In this document: one piece after another, positions 23,424 to 31,245 of the stretch
Layout of the letters: each line of letters begins with the position of its first letter
Numbering within the stretch: the stretch's first letter is position 1
Assembly (NCBI RefSeq): GCF_000011805.1
Contig: NC_006840.2
Direction: 5' to 3' (one strand)
DNA from: Aliivibrio fischeri ES114
GTDB lineage: Bacteria; Pseudomonadota; Gammaproteobacteria; Enterobacterales; Vibrionaceae
Length of the DNA stretch: 32,000 bases
Position numbers and translations under genes: made by a program
The notes under the pieces: model-generated
Databases searched by the model: none
Told to the model about the DNA's origin: nothing
The model's input: the letters and a program-made list of their open reading frames with translations, nothing else

Positions 23424-24284
23424 ATGGAACAACAATATATCCCACCTAAAGTGTGGTCCTTTGATAGTGAAAGCGGTGGTGAATGGGCGAAAATTAATCG
23501 TCCGGTTTCAGGTGCTACACATAAAAAGCAGCTACCAGTCGGCAAACATTATTTACAACTTTATTCGATGGGGACACCAAACGGACAAAAAGTGACAATC
23601 ATGCTTGAAGAGTTGCTAGAGCTAGGAATAAAGAAAGCGGAATATGATGCGCATTTAATTAAAATTAGTGAAGGCGATCAATTCTCATCTGGTTTTGTTA
23701 ATGTAAACCCTAACTCTAAAATTCCAGCTCTTGTTGATTCTTCTGGAGAAGAGCCAATAGAGGTCTTTGAATCTGGCTCTATCTTGTTATATTTAGCAGA
23801 AAAATTTAATGCGTTTATACCAGAAGCACCTGAAAAGCGCGTAAAAGTGATGAACTGGTTATTTTGGTTACATGGTTCTGCACCATATCTTGGTGGTGGT
23901 TTTGGGCATTTTTATGCTTATGCACCAGAGAAATTTGAATACCCAATTAACCGTTTTACGATGGAAGTAAAACGTCAGCTAGATGTATTAGATAAGCAGT
24001 TAGCTAAGAATCAATATATTGCGGGAGATGAATATACTATTGCAGATATGGCTATCTGGCCGTGGTATGGCAATTTGATTCTTGGTTATTTATATAATGC
24101 TGAAACGTTTTTGGATGTAGGTAGTTATGTTCATGTGAGACGTTGGGCGAAAATGATATTAGCGAGAACTGCTGTCCAGCGTGGACGTGTTGTGAATAGA
24201 ACATGGGGAGAACCATGGGAGCAAGTTCCAGAGCGTCATAGTGATAAAGATATTACTGAAGTTTTAGCGCTTAAACCTGAATAA
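23424..24284 (+). CDS. yghU: Nu-class glutathione S-transferase YghU
   Basis: Near-collinear with E. coli YghU as I recall it: YIPPKVWSFDSESGGEWAKINRPVSGATHKKQLPVGKHYLQLYSMGTPNGQKVTIMLEELL, GDQFSSGFVNVNPNSKIPAL, FESGSILLYLAEKF, GGGFGHFYAYAPEK.EYPINRFTME, GDEYTIADMAIWPW. Confidence 0.9.
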   Translation: MEQQYIPPKVWSFDSESGGEWAKINRPVSGATHKKQLPVGKHYLQLYSMGTPNGQKVTIMLEELLELGIKKAEYDAHLIKISEGDQFSSGFVNVNPNSKIPALVDSSGEEPIEVFESGSILLYLAEKFNAFIPEAPEKRVKVMNWLFWLHGSAPYLGGGFGHFYAYAPEKFEYPINRFTMEVKRQLDVLDKQLAKNQYIAGDEYTIADMAIWPWYGNLILGYLYNAETFLDVGSYVHVRRWAKMILARTAVQRGRVVNRTWGEPWEQVPERHSDKDITEVLALKPE

Positions 24285-24303
24285 CTTATGGTTACTATAG
24301 TTA

Positions 24304-24345
24304 AGCCAAGGATTTGATGTGAGGCATTAAATCCTTGGCTTTTTA
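24304..24345 (+). terminator. Rho-independent terminator after yghU
   Basis: 12-bp stem agccaaggattt / aaatccttggct, 13-nt loop, then tttt. Confidence 0.75.
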
Positions 24346-24378
24346 GATTTAATATATAGATAAGACAACTAATCATTG

Positions 24379-24406
24379 TTGAGATAATAATATTTTTAAC
24401 TATAAC
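24379..24406 (+). promoter_or_regulatory. Candidate sigma70 promoter for the leader-brnQ transcript
   Basis: TTGAGA, a 16-nt spacer, then TATAAC. It lies about 70 nt upstream of the leader ORF. This is a sequence match only. Confidence 0.3.
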
Positions 24407-24476
24407 AGTGTTTACAACGAGAGTTATTACTTATATATTGATTTGGTTACCACGATAAATAACTAGGAAATTTTCC

Positions 24477-24587
24477 ATGCTTTCTCTAACAGTCCAACAA
24501 TCTGCTGCTTTGTGCAAAATGATGCTCGGATCTGTATCGCGTGTAACATCAACAATTATTGCAGTCATTCTAGTGATTATTAACTAG
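24477..24587 (+). CDS. Candidate 36-aa leader peptide rich in Ile/Val/Leu
   Basis: AGGA lies 8 nt upstream of the ATG. The translation is MLSLTVQQSAALCKMMLGSVSRVTSTIIAVILVIIN*. Eight of the nine codons before the final Asn encode Ile, Val or Leu (five ATT Ile codons). The stop codon abuts the first hairpin arm. Confidence 0.4.
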   Translation: MLSLTVQQSAALCKMMLGSVSRVTSTIIAVILVIIN

Positions 24588-24647
24588 GCTGGCGGCACTT
24601 CCGTCAGCCGGGCTGACGGAGAATAGTCAAACTCCTTCTTATATTTT
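24587..24647 (+). promoter_or_regulatory. Candidate attenuator: three mutually exclusive hairpins upstream of brnQ
   Basis: A = ggctggcgg (24587-95) pairs with B = ccgtcagcc (24601-09), 9 bp including one G-U. B (with t24600) pairs with C = ggctgacgga (24611-20), 9 bp. The 3' part of C, gacggag (24615-21), pairs weakly with ctccttc (24632-38), which is followed by ttatatttt. Confidence 0.35.
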
Positions 24648-24717
24648 CCCAGCCAAACTGACGGTCCATAATAAAAGCTACTAGGGTATAGCCCAATAGC
24701 AAAAGAGGACTTGTACA

Positions 24718-26043
24718 TTGAAAAAACACAACTTGCTTGCGATTGGTCTAATGACTTTTGCCATGTTTCTTGGCGCAGGGAATATCATCTTTCCTCCTTT
24801 TCTTGGTTTAGAGGCAGGAACACAATACTTACCAGCAATGTTAGGCTTTTTGCTTACTGCTGTTGGTTTACCATCTTTGACATTAATTGTATTAGGTCGA
24901 TTAAGTAGTAGTGCTCAGCTAACACAGGCATTACCAAAGCCACTTTCCATTGCCTTTTGGGTTCTTTTGTTTACCGCTATTGGTCCCGCATTTGGTATGC
25001 CAAGAGCAGTAACGGTTGCTTACGAAATGGGAATTAAGCCATTTGTTGAAGGCGATCACTTACTTATTTTCTCGGTATTATTTGTTGGTGTAACATTATT
25101 GCTTGCATTTCAACGTGGAAAGTTAGTCGATTATATTGGTAAGGTGATGACACCTTTACTTGTACTAATGTTGGCCGCTTTAGCTGTTGCAGCTATCGTC
25201 ACGCCTTTAGGCGTCTTCAATACACCGAGTGCTGATTATCAATACAAAGCCGTGACGAGTGGTTTAATTCAAGGCTACATGACAATGGATGCCATTGCAG
25301 CAGTTGGTTTTGGTTGGATCATTATCAAAGCAATTCAAGATAAAGGTTGTGAGTCACCAAAAGAGATTTTCCATGCAACGCTTAAAGTAACGTTTGTTTA
25401 CGCTCTTTTGATGTCTGCATGCTATTTAGCGATGGCATACGTTGGCGCTACTTCTGCTTCTATTTCAGAAGGGGCAACGAATGGTGGTGAGCTACTAACT
25501 CGTTATGTTGCAGAGATCTTTGGCCCATTAGGTCAGTATTTATTGGCTGGCATTATTATTATGGCTTGTTTAACTACTACTGTCGGTTTAACCAATGCAT
25601 GTGCTGAATATTATCAACAAACATTTCGTTCACCATTTGCCGTTACTGCGATCATCGTAACGGTACTTACTGGCGTTATTGCTAACTTTGGTTTAGAGCA
25701 AATTTTAGCGATCAGTTTACCAGCGATTCTGATCCTTTGTCCGATAGCCATTGCACTTGTTTTAACCGCATTGTTTGTGCCGACAACGAAACAAAATTTA
25801 GCGGCTTACGTAGCAATTGTATGTATAACGCTTGTATTTGGTAGCTTAGATGCATTACATATTCTTGGTTTATTACCAGAATCATTGGCAACATTGTTAA
25901 ATGAGTATGTACCTTTGTTTGAAGCGCACGCAAGTTGGTTCTTACCTGTATTCGCAGCTATTGCTATTAGTAAGTTATTAACGAAGAAAGTGATGAACGG
26001 TGATGCGGTAGAATTATCAGAAAAAGCGGTAAATCTAAAATAA
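24718..26043 (+). CDS. brnQ: Branched-chain amino acid transport system II carrier (LIVCS family)
   Basis: KKHNLLAIGLMTFAMFLGAGNIIFPPFLGLEAG matches the BrnQ N-terminus. The protein has about 12 TM segments. The start is TTG at 24718 with AGAGGA 9 nt upstream; an internal ATG would delete the conserved N-terminus. Confidence 0.9.
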   Translation: MKKHNLLAIGLMTFAMFLGAGNIIFPPFLGLEAGTQYLPAMLGFLLTAVGLPSLTLIVLGRLSSSAQLTQALPKPLSIAFWVLLFTAIGPAFGMPRAVTVAYEMGIKPFVEGDHLLIFSVLFVGVTLLLAFQRGKLVDYIGKVMTPLLVLMLAALAVAAIVTPLGVFNTPSADYQYKAVTSGLIQGYMTMDAIAAVGFGWIIIKAIQDKGCESPKEIFHATLKVTFVYALLMSACYLAMAYVGATSASISEGATNGGELLTRYVAEIFGPLGQYLLAGIIIMACLTTTVGLTNACAEYYQQTFRSPFAVTAIIVTVLTGVIANFGLEQILAISLPAILILCPIAIALVLTALFVPTTKQNLAAYVAIVCITLVFGSLDALHILGLLPESLATLLNEYVPLFEAHASWFLPVFAAIAISKLLTKKVMNGDAVELSEKAVNLK

Positions 26044-26062
26044 ACAACAATCTTTTTTTAAT

Positions 26063-26094
26063 AAAAAACGGGTAGCTTTTGGCTACCCGTTTTG
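26063..26094. terminator. Bidirectional terminator between brnQ and the convergent OMP gene
   Basis: Stem cgggtagc (26069-76) / gctacccg (26082-89), flanked by an A-run and a T-run. Confidence 0.75.
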
Positions 26095-26119
26095 ATTTGT
26101 ATTCGCAATAAGTCTTAAC

Positions 26120-26734
26120 TTAGAACTTGTAAGTTGCACCTGCGTAAAAAGTACCAATATTCATTGCGTAGTCATCAGAGTAGCTGTAGTAACCGTAATC
26201 TTGATATACGTTCTCTTCAATAAACATATCACCTTCATAAGCGACACGGAAAGCCAATCCACTTAGTGCTTTTGGTGCATATTCAACACCTACACCGTAA
26301 TGGAAAGATGTATTATTTTCACTTAGAGAGTGGCCTAGTACATTCGTTGATGATTCTAATGAACCTAAACCAACGATACCAAATGGGCGCCAGCCGCTAT
26401 CAAATGTATAACCTAGGTTTGCAGCTAGTGAGATAGACGTTGATTCAATATCAATACCTTTAAAGCCAGCTGCTTTAGCAGTAGGATGGTTTACATTGAT
26501 GTCACCATATTTTGTGTATTGAAGTTCAACAGCAACAATACGATTGAATTGGTAGCCACCCATGAATTTAAGGGTTGAATCATCAGCATTGATAGAAGCG
26601 CCTGTGTAATCAAATGCGCCACCATCATCAAAAGTGGTTGCACCCAAGCCAGCACCTAAGTAAAAGCCGGAAATGTTATCGTTAGCATTAGAAAATGCTG
26701 AAAATAATACCAATAAAAGTGCAATTTTTTTCAT
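26120..26734 (-). CDS. Small outer-membrane beta-barrel protein (OmpA-like barrel / OMP_b-brl type)
   Basis: Signal peptide MKKIALLLVLFSAFSNA|ND, starting from the ATG at 26734. The sequence has Gly/aromatic-rich strands (GFYLGAGLGATTFDD) and the C-terminal ...GATYKF. Confidence 0.7.
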   Translation of the reverse strand: MKKIALLLVLFSAFSNANDNISGFYLGAGLGATTFDDGGAFDYTGASINADDSTLKFMGGYQFNRIVAVELQYTKYGDINVNHPTAKAAGFKGIDIESTSISLAANLGYTFDSGWRPFGIVGLGSLESSTNVLGHSLSENNTSFHYGVGVEYAPKALSGLAFRVAYEGDMFIEENVYQDYGYYSYSDDYAMNIGTFYAGATYKF

Positions 26735-27070
26735 GGGATTCTCATTTATAAATTGGGAAGGAAAAGTAGGGGGCATTATAAGAAAGCTGCTTATAGAGTC
26801 TAAATGGAAAACTCACATTTGTTTTTTGTTTGTTTTTTTATTTGCTTTAACTAAAGTTGTTGAAGGTTTTTTTGTCTCAACTTGATGTTTAATAAGCATT
26901 TATTTTACTAAATAGTGATATGGCTCTAAGAATTATTGATTTGTCAGTTTTTTTAGGTAGACTCCAGAGTTTTATAAATGAAACCAATGCCTCTTATTTG
27001 AAGATGTATTTTTTGTGTCATTTATATGAATCAATTTTCTTCTACTTATATTTTTCACTATAAGGCTTAA

Positions 27071-27928
27071 ATGCATAAAATAATTATTGCTAATTTAGTG
27101 TTAGAACCTGAAAGCAGAACGTTAACAAACCAGTTTGGTCACAAAGTAATGTTAAGACCATTACCTTATGAAGTGTTTAGATTATTGCTTGATCAGCAAG
27201 GAAAAAGTGTATCTCGTGATCAACTATTTAATGTTTGCTGGGAAGGTATGGTTGTTACCGATCAGGCATTAACGAATGTTATTTCGAATTTAAGACGTAA
27301 TTTAGTGCAATTAAAAGCAGAGAACGTAACGATTAAAACAGTAAGTAAAATCGGTTACTTACTTGCTATAGAGCAGCCAATCACAATCGTTGAAAATACG
27401 AATGAAATTGCACCTTTAAAAAAACAATCAGAACCATCATCTGTTGCCAATAAGATAAAGAAAAAAGAAGCGTTTAATAGAAAAACAGCTGATGCAATAC
27501 TTAAACAATTATTGACCAAACCTTCTGTTAAATCAGTAAGTTGTTGTTTTTTCCTAGTTGCGATGATTATTGTTGGTGTCGTGTACCAAAGGTACATATC
27601 AATACCGCACTTTTTAGTGAGCAATAATTATGAGCACTTTAGTGTCAATAACACGGATTTTTATTTGCTAAATAAGACAAAAGAAAAAACAGATATAGAG
27701 AAGATCAAATCTGGTATTGAATCTTTGAATTTGGCTGAATGTAATGCAAATGTTTACATTAGGATGTATGACTCAGTTTATGAAGATGATACGTACTCCT
27801 TAAAAGGATACATAGAAGCAAAAAATAATAATAGAAATGGAAACTATTCGTTAAGTCAATTTTCATATGATGATTTGCCAAACATCATTGGTGAAGCATT
27901 AAAAAGGGCGAAATTAGTATGCGATTAG
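27071..27928 (+). CDS. ToxR/CadC-like bitopic membrane transcriptional activator (OmpR/PhoB wHTH - TM - periplasmic domain)
   Basis: N-terminal trans_reg_C-type block reads LEPESRTLTN..GHKVMLRPLPYEVFRLLLDQQGKSVSRDQLFNVCWEG.VVTDQALTNVISNLRRNL......IKTVSKIGYLL. A single TM segment VSCCFFLVAMIIVGVVY is followed by a tail of about 110 aa containing exactly two Cys. Confidence 0.8.
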   Translation: MHKIIIANLVLEPESRTLTNQFGHKVMLRPLPYEVFRLLLDQQGKSVSRDQLFNVCWEGMVVTDQALTNVISNLRRNLVQLKAENVTIKTVSKIGYLLAIEQPITIVENTNEIAPLKKQSEPSSVANKIKKKEAFNRKTADAILKQLLTKPSVKSVSCCFFLVAMIIVGVVYQRYISIPHFLVSNNYEHFSVNNTDFYLLNKTKEKTDIEKIKSGIESLNLAECNANVYIRMYDSVYEDDTYSLKGYIEAKNNNRNGNYSLSQFSYDDLPNIIGEALKRAKLVCD

Positions 27929-28398
27929 TTAATTTGGTTTTACTGTTTATACTAGTGGGATTGGCATTTTATAAATTTAGCTTTAATGATACTGAGCTTG
28001 CTGGTTCTCGTTGGGCATGTAATGAATTATCTAAAAATTTCATTTCAGAACCGTATAAAAAATACCAAGAAATAACAGAGAAAGATGTACTCTATTTTGC
28101 TTCATCATCTAATTTAACTATTTTTCAAACCGGTGAGTTAGTTTTCAAAAATGGAGAGCGTCATAAGTATGAAGTTATTATTGATGCGAGCTATAAGGTT
28201 AAAAAGAATAAAATATCACTAAAGTATACAAATATAGACTGGCATTATAAACCCGCTAAATCTCCAGTTTTTGTTCAAGATTTGGACTCATTAAAAGGTT
28301 TTGAAACAGATCTTAACTATATTATTAATGACGAACAATTGTATTTTTATAATCGAAAAAAACATGAAAATACAAACTATCTTTGTTTCTCTTTATAA
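27919..28398 (+). CDS. ToxS/VtrC-like partner protein (N-terminal membrane anchor plus periplasmic domain)
   Basis: The ATG overlaps the regulator's 3' end by 10 nt. N-terminal anchor MRLVNLVLLFILVGLAFY. At 159 aa it is close in size to ToxS (about 170 aa) and VtrC (about 160 aa). The call rests on architecture and synteny; sequence similarity is weak. Confidence 0.45.
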   Translation: MRLVNLVLLFILVGLAFYKFSFNDTELAGSRWACNELSKNFISEPYKKYQEITEKDVLYFASSSNLTIFQTGELVFKNGERHKYEVIIDASYKVKKNKISLKYTNIDWHYKPAKSPVFVQDLDSLKGFETDLNYIINDEQLYFYNRKKHENTNYLCFSL

Positions 28399-28408
28399 AG
28401 TAACAATT

Positions 28409-28456
28409 CACTAAATTTGGTTATTTGTTAAATAAAATAACCAAATTAGTGTTTGA
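28409..28456 (+). terminator. AT-rich hairpin after the ToxS-like gene (possible terminator)
   Basis: cactaaatttggttatt (28409-25) / aataaccaaattagtg (28436-51), with a one-base bulge, followed by tttgatttg. Confidence 0.4.
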
Positions 28457-28670
28457 TTTGTATTCTCTTTGTGAAATAAAACTGCTTTAATTACAGTGAT
28501 TTATCTGTTTTCGCATTAACTTAAATTAATTTGAGTGATGTGTGATCTAACACTATTTATCAAATCAATAACCCGATTATTATTCGCTCGATTTTGGAGT
28601 TTAAATTGCAGACGAATAACGTAGCAATTTAAAAATTTATTATATAAAAGCTATCATCAGGGAGATTGAT

Positions 28671-29984
28671 ATGTTTTTAATTGAGTTTTTAATCGTACTA
28701 GTATGTATTTTAATCGGTGCTCGAATTGGTGGTATCGGTTTAGGTGTTATGGGTGGTATTGGTTTAGCCATACTAAGTTTTGTTTTTGGTTTACAACCGA
28801 CAAGTCCGCCTATTGATGTAATGTTGATGATCATGGCTGTAGTAGCTGCTGCTGCTGCAATGCAAGCTGCTGGTGGTCTTGAATATTTAATCAAAATTGC
28901 TTCAAATATTCTTCGTAAAAATCCTCGTCATATTACTTTTATTGCCCCTTTAGTGACGTACATGTTTACTTTCTTGGCAGGTACTGGACACGTAGCTTAT
29001 TCAGTTTTACCTGTTATTGCAGAAGTAAGCCGTCGTAGTGGTATTCGCCCAGAACGTCCACTTGGAATGGCAGTAATTGCTTCTCAATTTGCAATTGTAG
29101 CGAGTCCAATTGCTGCTGCGGTTGTCGCTGTTGTTGCCTTTTTAGAGCCACAAGGAATTACTTTAGCTGATGTATTAATGGTAACGATTCCGGGCACATT
29201 CTGTGGTTTAGCACTAGCTTGCGTTATTGTTAACAAGATTGGTAAAGAGCTAAAAGACGATCCTGAATACCAACGTCGTATGCAAGATCCAACGTTCCGT
29301 AAGGAAATGGAACAAGAAGTACAAGTAGAAGAAATTGAAATTAAACCAGAAGCTAAAAAAGCGGTAGGACTATTCCTATTTGGTGCATTCGCCGTGGTTA
29401 TTATGGGTGCATTCCCTGCATTACGTCCTAACTTCAATGGATCTCCAATGGGCATGGCTCATACTATTGAAATCGTAATGTTAGCAATGGCAGCTTTAAT
29501 TATTTTACTATGTAAGCCTGATGGAAATGAAATAACACAAGGTTCAGTTTTCCATGCAGGTATGCGTGCAATCGTAGCTATATTTGGTATTGCATGGTTA
29601 GGTGATACGTTTATCGCAGGTCATGACATCATGGTAAAAGAAGCGGTATCTGGCTTAGTTGAAGTTGCTCCATGGACATTTGCTTTTGCATTGTTTGGTT
29701 TATCTGTAATGGTAAACAGTCAAGGCGCAACAACGGCAGTATTAGTACCTGTAGGTATTGCATTAGGCTTACCACCAGAAGTGATTATCGCAACATTTGT
29801 TGCTGTAAATGGTTACTTCTTTATTCCTAACTATGGTCCGATTATCGCATCTATTGATTTTGACCGTACAGGCACAACTAAGATTGGTAAATACATTTTT
29901 AACCACAGCTTTATGCTTCCTGGTCTATTAAGTATGATCTTCAGTATCGTGTTCGGATTTATTTTTGCAAGCATGGTTTTATAA
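28671..29984 (+). CDS. dcuB: Anaerobic C4-dicarboxylate transporter, DcuA/DcuB family (closest to DcuB by motif)
   Basis: [110 protein letters not shown] and [24 protein letters not shown] are close to E. coli DcuB. Confidence 0.9.
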   Translation: MFLIEFLIVLVCILIGARIGGIGLGVMGGIGLAILSFVFGLQPTSPPIDVMLMIMAVVAAAAAMQAAGGLEYLIKIASNILRKNPRHITFIAPLVTYMFTFLAGTGHVAYSVLPVIAEVSRRSGIRPERPLGMAVIASQFAIVASPIAAAVVAVVAFLEPQGITLADVLMVTIPGTFCGLALACVIVNKIGKELKDDPEYQRRMQDPTFRKEMEQEVQVEEIEIKPEAKKAVGLFLFGAFAVVIMGAFPALRPNFNGSPMGMAHTIEIVMLAMAALIILLCKPDGNEITQGSVFHAGMRAIVAIFGIAWLGDTFIAGHDIMVKEAVSGLVEVAPWTFAFALFGLSVMVNSQGATTAVLVPVGIALGLPPEVIIATFVAVNGYFFIPNYGPIIASIDFDRTGTTKIGKYIFNHSFMLPGLLSMIFSIVFGFIFASMVL

Positions 29985-30021
29985 CGCTTAATCAAAAATA
30001 TAAATACACTTTAATTAGAAC

Positions 30022-30053
30022 AAAGGCGAGCCTTAATGGCTCGCCTTTTTTTG
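30022..30053 (+). terminator. Rho-independent terminator after dcuB
   Basis: Stem ggcgagcc (30025-32) / ggctcgcc (30038-45), 5-nt loop, then a T7 run. Confidence 0.8.
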
Positions 30054-30226
30054 TTTGATTTCTCAAATGTGAAAAGATTAACATTAAGATTACATTGACT
30101 TCACATTTGCGGCGTTATTTGTTGGACTTTAATTTAACCATGAGTAATGTGAACTTGCTAATAAATGAATCTATTATAAAAACGATAGTTAGGTATTTAT
30201 CTAAATAAAGTTTAATAATCAAGGAG

Positions 30227-31159
30227 ATGATTGTGTTTAAACGTAATTTTATACTTGCTCTACTCTTTATCATTCCATCAGTTGTTAATGCTGAAAATTA
30301 TACTATTGGCACCGGTGGTCAAAGTGGTATTTATTATCCATTTGGAGGTGCATTAGCGAAGGTTTGGACTGAACATGTTCCAGATGTAACAGCAAAAGCA
30401 GAGGTGACTGCTGCGTCAGTTGAAAATACCATTAAGGTTGTTCGTGGCGATATGATAGCAGGTATTGCAATGGGGAATGTGGTACTTGATGCCTATAATG
30501 GTGAGGGGAAATTTCCACAAAAAATGCCAGTTAAAACCCTTTTTGCACTATACCCAAATTTAGTTCATACCATAACTCTTGAAAAATCTGGTATTACATC
30601 ATTATCGCAATTAAAGGGTAAACGAGTGTCTTTAGGCGCTCCTGCAAGTGGTACTGCTGTAACTTCAGCTGCTCTACTTGAGTCTTTAGGTATTGATGTG
30701 AAAAAAGACATTAAAGCGGTGTATTTAAACTACTCTGAAACTACGAATGCATTAGCAAACGGACAAATTGATGCTGGTTTTATTGTCGGTGGACAAGGGG
30801 TTGGTGCTGTAACACAAATTGCATTAACACATAAAATAAAAGTGCTTTCAATTACACCAGAAGAAAGTGCACTGTTTATGAAAAAGTACCCAGCCTACAG
30901 TACATACAATATTCCTGGAGGCGTATATAACAACGTTGATGAAGTGTCGACATTAAGCGTTTGGAATGTATTAGTGGTGAATGCAAAAATGAGTGATGAC
31001 ATGGCATATAACCTGACAAAAGCAGCATATGAAAATATAGGTGACGTTCGTAAAGTTGTAAAAATGGCTGAAATGACAACACCAGAAAATGCAAACAGTT
31101 TACAGGGTGTACCTCTTCATGCGGGAGCTCAAAAATATCTGGATTCAATCTTGAAGTAA
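30227..31159 (+). CDS. TRAP transporter solute-binding protein, TAXI family
   Basis: Signal peptide ...LLFIIPSVVNA|EN, then TIGTGGQSGIYYPFGGALAKVW, GKRVSLGAPASGT and NGQIDAGFIVGG, all typical of TAXI receptors. The start may instead be GTG at 30233, which is 6 nt after AGGAG. Confidence 0.85.
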   Translation: MIVFKRNFILALLFIIPSVVNAENYTIGTGGQSGIYYPFGGALAKVWTEHVPDVTAKAEVTAASVENTIKVVRGDMIAGIAMGNVVLDAYNGEGKFPQKMPVKTLFALYPNLVHTITLEKSGITSLSQLKGKRVSLGAPASGTAVTSAALLESLGIDVKKDIKAVYLNYSETTNALANGQIDAGFIVGGQGVGAVTQIALTHKIKVLSITPEESALFMKKYPAYSTYNIPGGVYNNVDEVSTLSVWNVLVVNAKMSDDMAYNLTKAAYENIGDVRKVVKMAEMTTPENANSLQGVPLHAGAQKYLDSILK

Positions 31160-31187
31160 TTAAACTGTTTTACTCAATATTAAATGG

Positions 31188-31212
31188 AAGGGTAAGAGTT
31201 CTGCTTACCTTT
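31188..31212 (+). other. Intercistronic hairpin between the TAXI receptor and permease genes
   Basis: 9-bp stem aagggtaag / cttaccttt (one G-U), 7-nt loop, followed by cttctttt. Confidence 0.3.
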
Positions 31213-31245
31213 CTTCTTTTCTGACTTTATCCTACAGGCATTAAT

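Noticed and set aside
24711-24908. 65-aa ORF starting at 24711, in a different frame from brnQ.
   Set aside because: The brnQ frame gives the canonical LIVCS N-terminus, whereas this frame gives a nonsense-like sequence.
28457-28670. Looked for FNR and CRP sites upstream of dcuB. The candidates were TGTGATCTAACACTA at ~28529-28543 and the repeated ATCAA in tatttatcaaatcaataa.
   Set aside because: Only the left CRP half-site (TGTGA) is good; the right half (ACTAT) matches TCACA poorly. The ATCAA copies are direct repeats rather than an inverted TTGAT-N4-ATCAA pair. This is not enough for a site call without a scoring matrix.
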